Shown one piece after another: positions 57,735 to 64,000 of a stretch of 64,000 bases of DNA. The DNA lies in NCBI GenBank assembly GCA_045614945.1, contig JAZLDW010000026.1, positions 31,811 through 95,810 on the forward strand. The letters are read 5' to 3'. The notes beneath the pieces are model-generated. The model was not told where the DNA came from. It saw nothing but the letters and a program-made list of their open reading frames with translations, and ran no database searches. A program made the translations under genes and the position numbers. Source of the DNA: Clostridia bacterium. Lineage in GTDB: Bacteria; Bacillota; Clostridia; Monoglobales; Monoglobaceae. Each line of letters opens with the position of its first letter. The stretch's first letter is position 1.

Positions 57735-60569
57735 ATGAACAAAAATATTGTGGTAAAGGGAGCAAACGAGAATAACCTTAAAAATGTCTCGTTAGAAATC
57801 CCCCGCGACAAACTTGTTGTTATGACAGGTCTCAGTGGCTCGGGTAAGTCCTCTCTTGCCTTTGAAACCATATATGCAGAAGGGCAACGCCGTTATGTAG
57901 AGTCACTCTCTGCTTACGCAAGAATGTTTTTGGGGCAGATGGACAAGCCCGACGTCGAAATGATTGACGGCTTATCCCCTGCTATCTCCATTGACCAGAA
58001 GACAACAAGCAAAAATCCAAGGTCAACCGTCGGCACGGTTACCGAGATTTATGACTATATAAGACTTCTCTACGCCAACATTGGTGTACCACACTGTCCA
58101 AAGTGCGGAAAAGAAATTTCACCTCAATCAATAGACCAGATTGTAGATGCTATTCTTACTCTGCCAGAGAAGACAAAAATTCAAATTATGGCACCTGTTG
58201 CAAGGGGCAGAAAAGGTGAATACACAAAAACCTTCGAGGATGCAGCAAAGGGCGGTTTCGTCCGCGTCCGCGTAGACGGCAAGATTATGGAACTCACAGG
58301 TGAACCAATCAGGCTTGATAAACAAAAAAAACATAGCATTGACATAGTTGTTGACCGACTTGTAATACGCGAGGGAATAGAAAAACGCCTTACCGATTCA
58401 ATAGAGACGGCGCTTAATATGGCAGACGGAATTGTTGTGGTGTCAGTTGTCGATGGCGAAGATATTACCTTCAGCCGCAACTTTGCCTGCGACGATTGCG
58501 GCATAAATATAGAAGAACTTTCGCCAAGGATGTTCTCGTTTAACACCCCTTACGGTGCATGCCCAACCTGTATGGGCCTTGGTTCTATTACAATGGTGTC
58601 GCCCGACCTTGTTATCCCTGACAGAACCCTCAGCATAAATCAAGGGGCAATTCACGCAAGTGGATGGTCGGGGACAGAGCAAAACAGTATCTCAAGGATG
58701 TATTACGAGGGAATGGCAGCAAGATACGGTTTTAGCCTTGACACACCAATCGAAGAATTGCCCGATGAGATTATTGATATTATCCTCTATGGCACAAAGG
58801 GCGAAAAACTTAAACTGACCTACGACAACCGCTTTGCAAAAGGCGTTAAGTACGCTCGTTTCGAGGGAGTTATACCCAACCTCAAACGCAGATATGAAGA
58901 GACAAACTCCGAATGGGCAAGAGCTGATATCGAGAATTATATGATAGATATGTGTTGTCCTGATTGTCATGGCGCAAGACTAAAACCCGAAACCCTTGCC
59001 GTAACGGTAGATGGGCTTAACATAAATCAGGTAACGGATTTTTCTATCGCAAAAGCTCTGGACTTCTTCACCACACTATCTAACAAACTAAGCGGTAAGG
59101 ATGTTATAATTGCAAAAAATATATTAAAAGAAATCGTCGGCAGACTCAAATTTCTGGTGGATGTCGGCCTTGACTATCTGACAATGTCAAGAAGCGCAGG
59201 GACACTCTCGGGCGGTGAAGCACAGAGAATTCGCCTAGCCACACAGATAGGTTCAGGACTTATGGGTGTTATCTATATTCTTGACGAGCCAAGCATTGGT
59301 CTGCATCAGCGCGATAACGCAAAGCTTATAGAAACCCTGAAGCATCTGCGTGACCTTGGCAACACCCTGCTTGTAGTCGAGCACGACGAAGAAACCATGC
59401 TTGCTGCCGACCATATAATTGACATTGGTCCGGGAGCTGGCATTCACGGCGGCGAGATTGTGGCAGAGGGTACCGCCGAGGAAATAATGCTGTGCGAGAG
59501 ATCCGAGACCGGCCTCTATTTAAGTGGCAAAAAACAGATTCCTGTTCCCGAAAAAAGACGCAAGGGCAACGGAAACTTCCTTGAAATCAAAGGAGCATGC
59601 GAGAACAACCTCAAGGATGTCAACCTTAAAATACCTCTTGGTACATTTACATGCATAACAGGGGTGTCGGGCAGCGGAAAGAGTTCTCTTATAAACGAAA
59701 TTTTGTATAAGGCACTTGCCAATGAGTTAAACGGTGCTAAAAAGGTACCCGGAAAACACAAAAAAATTATCGGCACAGAGCATCTTGACAAGATAATTGC
59801 CATTGACCAGTCCCCAATCGGCAGAACGCCAAGGAGCAACCCCGCCACATACACAGGTCTTTTTGGGGACATACGCACCCTTTTTGCTATGACACCCGAG
59901 GCGAAATCGAGGGGTTACACATCCGGCAGATTTAGTTTTAATGTTAAGGGCGGCAGATGTGAAGCTTGTACAGGAGACGGAATAATTAAGATTGAGATGC
60001 ACTTTTTGCCCGATGTATATGTACCTTGTGAGATTTGTGACGGAAAGCGATACAATCGAGAAACTTTGGAGGTAAGGTATAAGGGCAAGAACATTCACGA
60101 TGTTCTTGAAATGACGGTCGAAGAAGGATGTATGTTCTTTGAAAACATTCCTAAAATTCAGCGTAAGTTGCAAACCCTCTTTGATGTAGGACTCGGCTAT
60201 ATCAAAATAGGGCAGCCATCTACCACTCTTTCAGGCGGCGAGGCACAGAGAGTAAAACTTGCTACAGAACTCTCCAAGAGAAGTACTGGAAGCACAATAT
60301 ATATACTCGATGAGCCAACAACAGGACTTCATAGTGCCGATGTGCATAAGCTGACCGAGGTGCTGCAAAAGCTTGTAGATGTAGGCAACACAATTGTAGT
60401 AATTGAGCATAACCTTGATATAATAAAGACCGCAGACTATATTGTTGACCTAGGCCCCGAAGGCGGTGATAAAGGCGGCGAAATTATTGCGTGCGGAACT
60501 CCTGAAAAGGTCGCAAAAGTTGCAAAGTCCTACACAGGACAGTATTTGAAGAAATATCTAAAGAAATAA
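57735..60569 (+). CDS. uvrA: Excinuclease ABC subunit A
   Basis: Two ABC modules ([20 protein letters not shown]; LSGGEAQR twice) and zinc-finger Cys clusters. The start at ATG 57735 follows GAGGAA. Confidence 0.97.
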   Translation: MNKNIVVKGANENNLKNVSLEIPRDKLVVMTGLSGSGKSSLAFETIYAEGQRRYVESLSAYARMFLGQMDKPDVEMIDGLSPAISIDQKTTSKNPRSTVGTVTEIYDYIRLLYANIGVPHCPKCGKEISPQSIDQIVDAILTLPEKTKIQIMAPVARGRKGEYTKTFEDAAKGGFVRVRVDGKIMELTGEPIRLDKQKKHSIDIVVDRLVIREGIEKRLTDSIETALNMADGIVVVSVVDGEDITFSRNFACDDCGINIEELSPRMFSFNTPYGACPTCMGLGSITMVSPDLVIPDRTLSINQGAIHASGWSGTEQNSISRMYYEGMAARYGFSLDTPIEELPDEIIDIILYGTKGEKLKLTYDNRFAKGVKYARFEGVIPNLKRRYEETNSEWARADIENYMIDMCCPDCHGARLKPETLAVTVDGLNINQVTDFSIAKALDFFTTLSNKLSGKDVIIAKNILKEIVGRLKFLVDVGLDYLTMSRSAGTLSGGEAQRIRLATQIGSGLMGVIYILDEPSIGLHQRDNAKLIETLKHLRDLGNTLLVVEHDEETMLAADHIIDIGPGAGIHGGEIVAEGTAEEIMLCERSETGLYLSGKKQIPVPEKRRKGNGNFLEIKGACENNLKDVNLKIPLGTFTCITGVSGSGKSSLINEILYKALANELNGAKKVPGKHKKIIGTEHLDKIIAIDQSPIGRTPRSNPATYTGLFGDIRTLFAMTPEAKSRGYTSGRFSFNVKGGRCEACTGDGIIKIEMHFLPDVYVPCEICDGKRYNRETLEVRYKGKNIHDVLEMTVEEGCMFFENIPKIQRKLQTLFDVGLGYIKIGQPSTTLSGGEAQRVKLATELSKRSTGSTIYILDEPTTGLHSADVHKLTEVLQKLVDVGNTIVVIEHNLDIIKTADYIVDLGPEGGDKGGEIIACGTPEKVAKVAKSYTGQYLKKYLKK

Positions 60570-60589
60570 GAACCCTGTTTTATCCACAA

Positions 60590-60630
60590 TAAAAGGCGGA
60601 GATTTTAAATCTCCGCCTTTTGCTTTTGGT
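60590..60630. terminator. Bidirectional intrinsic terminator (uvrA / SLH gene convergent)
   Basis: 13-bp stem AAAGGCGGAGATT / AATCTCCGCCTTT. Confidence 0.85.
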
Positions 60631-60637
60631 TAAAAAA

Positions 60638-63406
60638 CTATTTAACTAATGCATCAATTCTTACAAATACTGCTGCGCCCTGCGCACGTGTTGCGGTTGA
60701 CTTTGGTGCATATATTCCGTCACCCATCCCATTGAGTATACCGCTTCCAGTTGCCCAGTCTACCGCTGTTTTTGCCCAATCTGCAATGTTGTTTGAATCA
60801 CTAAAGGTTTGTCCGCTAACGCCAACCTCAATACCCTTGTACTGTGCAAATCTATAGAGAATTGCGGCCATCTGCTCACGCGTGATTGCATCGTTTGAAC
60901 CAAATACTCCGTTGCCATAACCCTCTACAATTTTGTTTGCAACCGCCCAGGCAACTGCATCCTCATAGTATACGCCCGGCTGAACATCTGTAAAACCTAT
61001 ATTTGCCCTTGTAGCTGTCTTTCCATCTATCCTGTGAAGAACTGTCACAAACATTGCTCTGTTTATCTCAAACTGCGGGCCAAAGTTTTCTGCGTCCATT
61101 CCATTCATCAGGCCATTTTTATATGCAGTGTTTACTGCTTCATAGAACCAGTCCGCTTTGGTTATGTCGGCAAAGACTGACTCATTTTCTCCAAGCCATT
61201 TCGCATAAAGCGTGAACGAAGAATATACCTTTTTGCTAAAGTCATACTTATTTGTGCAGTCCTTATCTGTGAACCAGCCACCAAATATCACGCCATCCTT
61301 CTGAGGGTCAACCGGAGGCGCAACAATGTTGCCCCTGAACACCTTTATAGCTTCAATTTTTGATCCGTCGTCTGTGTTAAACGATATAGTATAGCTTGTA
61401 ACAACTTCTCCGCCAGTTCCGGTTCCACCACCAAAACCGCCACCGCTTTCTGACTCTGTAAAGACCGCATTAACCTCTAAAACATCACCATTGCGTACCG
61501 CCATATCCCACAATTCCTGGGTCAGTACAGTCTCGCCTTTGTAGGTAGTGCTATTTCTTCCAAATCTCCACCCCTTAAACACATATCCTGACTTTCTTGC
61601 GGTTGGAAGGGCTATTGTTGAACCAACATTGTATATATTAAATTCAACATCTTCTATTACATTGCCTTTTGTGTCTCTTACCGCTCTTCCGTTATAAGCA
61701 AACTCTGCCGTAATCACCGTCTCGTCTGCAGAAGATACAGTAAACTCTGAAAAACCATGTGGGTTTGTAAATGTTATTGTATTATCCTCGTTTACAGTTG
61801 CCTCGTAGTAGTATACCTCTTTTGCAGCTTTAATATGTTTAACAGTAAGAGTCTGCGCTCTATCCTCACCTAATCCGATAATGCTCTCAGGCACTGGGAT
61901 TGTAATTACAACCTCTGTGTCCTTTGTATCAAGTTTTTTAGCGTTGCCTATGGCAACTGCGTCTGTTCCTACAACCATATCGTATACAGTTTCTGCAGTT
62001 GTTGCGTAGGTTTGTGCAACCGCCTCAATATCAAGCACAAGCTCGCCTTCATCAATGTCTTTAATTTCAACCTTAAGCGATGGCTGAACAAAAATATTAA
62101 CTACAGTATCTTCTGTAATGCTTGTTATCTCAGCAAGTTCTTGCTTTGCGCTATTTATTGCCGAATTTTTTATTGTGTTTGCAGTATCGTTTACGATACC
62201 GTCAATACCATCGATGGTCGCCTTATCTGCGTTTTCTTCAATTTCTGTCTTTATTGCCTCATCTATATCATCAGAAATCTCAACCTCAGGTGCAACGGGA
62301 GAAACCTGAACATTCTCATTTTTAAGTTTTGATACGCTGTATGTGTATCCTTCTTTCTTTGATGAAATTCTTGCATAACCCTTTGCAATTTGCCAGGATG
62401 GGTCTTCTGTATAGTCACCACCTGTAATGGCTGCTATGTATTTCTCGGTACCCTCGCCGTCATATGTATAAACATACACGCCTCCGTTGAACAAACCTTT
62501 GCTGATAGAGACATTTGCAAAATCTACTGCTGAGCTACCTGTGTTTCCATTATAAATAAATACATATCCATTAAAGTTTCCGCCTGATATGTCAATGTCT
62601 GTGTATCTATGTCCTGTTACACATGAATAATAGGTATAATAGGCGTAAGTTCCGCTAATTGTACCTCCGTTAATGTTTACCTCTGCAAGATATTCTGCAT
62701 TTGAAATATTGTGCGTCTGAACACCTGCGAAGCCACCAGTGATTGTACCGCCATTGATTGTTAAAATATTTTTTGCAGTCGCGGAAAAAGGCACCTGACG
62801 AACACTTGTGCTTTTTGAAGTAATTGTTCCGCCGTTTATCGTTATACTTGTATCGCTTGTGTACCGCGCAGTATCAATCGCATAACTCGCACCACCCACT
62901 GTTGTGTTTTCAATATTACCACTCTCCACAGTGAGTGCACCTGCATTTATTACTGCACTTGTAGAATAAGCATACGAAGCAGAAGGTGTAGTTGAAGCAA
63001 ATGTAATCTTACCTGCTCCGCTTCTTGAAGAATCCTTAATGGTAAGGGTACCATTATTTTTAATAGCACAAGCAGTAACACCTGATGAATCTGTCATAGA
63101 AACAGTGTAACCCGCTAAATCAAGCGTAATATCATCATCGCTTGCTACTACAACTTTTTCGTCAAGTTCTATATTTGAAATAAGTTTAATTGTGTCGCCC
63201 TCGTCTGCAGTGTCAACCGCGTCCGCAATGGTTTCAAATTTAACATCACCAATTTTAGCAACATAAACCGGTGTTTCTTCTACGATATCTTCTACGATAT
63301 CTTCGACAATCTCTTCGGTTGCAAAAACACCAGCAGTGCAAAGGCTAAGCACCATTGCCAAAACGAGAATAATTGATAAAGTCTTTTTCATTGTTTTTAC
63401 CTCCAA
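60638..63406 (-). CDS. Cell-surface protein: signal peptide, parallel beta-helix-like repeats, Listeria-Bacteroides (Flg_new) repeats, three C-terminal SLH domains
   Basis: 922 aa. Repeated INGGTIT/INGGTIS turns. GYVFKGWRF and GVIFGGWFTD...YAKW repeats. Three SLH units (FADITKADWFYEAV..., FTDVQPGVYYEDAV..., FSDSNNIADWAKTAV...). Confidence 0.85.
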   Translation of the reverse strand: MEVKTMKKTLSIILVLAMVLSLCTAGVFATEEIVEDIVEDIVEETPVYVAKIGDVKFETIADAVDTADEGDTIKLISNIELDEKVVVASDDDITLDLAGYTVSMTDSSGVTACAIKNNGTLTIKDSSRSGAGKITFASTTPSASYAYSTSAVINAGALTVESGNIENTTVGGASYAIDTARYTSDTSITINGGTITSKSTSVRQVPFSATAKNILTINGGTITGGFAGVQTHNISNAEYLAEVNINGGTISGTYAYYTYYSCVTGHRYTDIDISGGNFNGYVFIYNGNTGSSAVDFANVSISKGLFNGGVYVYTYDGEGTEKYIAAITGGDYTEDPSWQIAKGYARISSKKEGYTYSVSKLKNENVQVSPVAPEVEISDDIDEAIKTEIEENADKATIDGIDGIVNDTANTIKNSAINSAKQELAEITSITEDTVVNIFVQPSLKVEIKDIDEGELVLDIEAVAQTYATTAETVYDMVVGTDAVAIGNAKKLDTKDTEVVITIPVPESIIGLGEDRAQTLTVKHIKAAKEVYYYEATVNEDNTITFTNPHGFSEFTVSSADETVITAEFAYNGRAVRDTKGNVIEDVEFNIYNVGSTIALPTARKSGYVFKGWRFGRNSTTYKGETVLTQELWDMAVRNGDVLEVNAVFTESESGGGFGGGTGTGGEVVTSYTISFNTDDGSKIEAIKVFRGNIVAPPVDPQKDGVIFGGWFTDKDCTNKYDFSKKVYSSFTLYAKWLGENESVFADITKADWFYEAVNTAYKNGLMNGMDAENFGPQFEINRAMFVTVLHRIDGKTATRANIGFTDVQPGVYYEDAVAWAVANKIVEGYGNGVFGSNDAITREQMAAILYRFAQYKGIEVGVSGQTFSDSNNIADWAKTAVDWATGSGILNGMGDGIYAPKSTATRAQGAAVFVRIDALVK
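63277..63316. repeat. 12-nt tandem repeat (about 3.3 copies) inside the SLH-protein gene
   Basis: CTTCTACGATAT x2, then CTTCGACAATCT and CTTC. It encodes EEIVEDIVEDIVEE just after the signal peptide. Confidence 0.85.
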
Positions 63407-63660
63407 ATGAATTTATGATTTTTAATAATTTAACAAATTTAACAAGTTCTATCAGGATTCCCTGAAAAACACCCTTTTTCAAGTTTATGATAAGGCTTTT
63501 TGCCTTTTATGTCAACAGCTTTGGAGGTTTTTTAACAACAATGTAATATTCTTCCTCTTTATTCGACACCAGCCCTTTCTAACGCATAAAATTAACATAA
63601 TTTTATGGGACTTGCAGAAATTTTTAAAGTTATTCATAAAATCATACTGAGGTGATTTAT

Positions 63661-64000
63661 ATGATTGGTTTTTTGTTTCAACTTCTGCAATCCGTTACAA
63701 TTTTACTAGGTTATATTTCAAGCGGAAGTTCATTTCCAAAACCTCTCACAGCTGAACAAGAACAGCATTATATGAAGCTATACCAAGATGGTGACAACAG
63801 CGCAAGGGAGGTTTTGATAGAACACAACCTTCGTCTGGTAGCACACATTGCAAAAAAATACTCCGACGGCGTACACGATAACGAAGATATTATCTCAATA
63901 GGCACAATAGGACTTATTAAGGGAATATCAAGTTTTGATCCGTCAAAAGGCGTCCGACTTGCCACATATGCGGCAAGATGTGTAGAAAACGAAATTCTAA
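63661..64000 (+). CDS. sigK: Sporulation sigma factor SigK (pro-form; 5' part, continues beyond the window end)
   Basis: Absent from the ORF track because it runs off the window edge. My translation is MIGFLFQLLQSVTILLGYISSGSSFPKPLTAEQEQHYMKLYQDGDNSAREVLIEHNLRLVAHIAKKYS...ISIGTIGLIKGISSFDPSKGVRLATYAARCVENEIL. The motifs LIEHNLRLVAHI, GLIKGI and ATYAARC fit SigK rather than SigE. GAGGTGA RBS. Confidence 0.85.
   Translation, partial: MIGFLFQLLQSVTILLGYISSGSSFPKPLTAEQEQHYMKLYQDGDNSAREVLIEHNLRLVAHIAKKYSDGVHDNEDIISIGTIGLIKGISSFDPSKGVRLATYAARCVENEIL

Noticed and set aside
63620-63660. Sigma-E/sigma-K type -10 element (CATACT) upstream of sigK
   Set aside because: It lies only about 3 nt from the GAGGTGA RBS, so a transcript starting there would lack the RBS. 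The real sporulation promoter cannot be assigned by eye.
63661-64000. skin-like intervening element interrupting sigK
   Set aside because: The visible 113 codons are contiguous through regions 1.2 to 2.3, and no recombinase is nearby. The usual interruption point lies beyond the window, so nothing can be said either way.

Overview
This 64-kb window looks like core chromosome from a low-GC, spore-forming Clostridia-type Firmicute. Supporting genes are sigK, the gpr germination protease, a BofC-like protein, NfnAB and an SLH-anchored surface protein. About 49 CDS are supported, mostly housekeeping. They include nfnAB, holA, ileS, upp/uracil permease, ung, rnj, the full rimP-nusA-ylxR-ylxQ-infB-rbfA-nrnA-truB-ribF operon, nrdR, murA, rpsT, mecA, rsmD, hpf, a type IIA topoisomerase pair, PBP1A and uvrBA. 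There is also a two-gene tRNA operon (Leu-UAA, initiator Met-CAU). Accessory content is limited to a Gfo/Idh/MocA x2 plus TIM-barrel sugar cluster, a bile-salt-hydrolase-family gene, a metal-transport operon, three secreted carbohydrate-esterase-like proteins and one SLH surface protein. I found no CRISPR array, transposase, integrase, prophage or recognisable defence or toxin-antitoxin module, and I cannot support any claim of a novel multi-gene system. The items most worth a second look are: (1) an unannotated promoter-to-terminator unit of about 200 nt between mecA and rsmD that folds into a long rod with a 6S-RNA-like architecture. (2) A 743-aa nucleotidyltransferase/hexapeptide/phosphomutase-like protein in which all three catalytic signatures appear degenerate. 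(3) A giant secreted LamG-like x3 plus SGNH esterase next to a free-standing lipoprotein paralog, sharing short near-identical DNA blocks. (4) An intrinsic terminator inside the leader of the rimP-nusA-infB operon, between a perfect consensus promoter and the RBS. All functional calls come from motif recognition by eye, and no database search was run.
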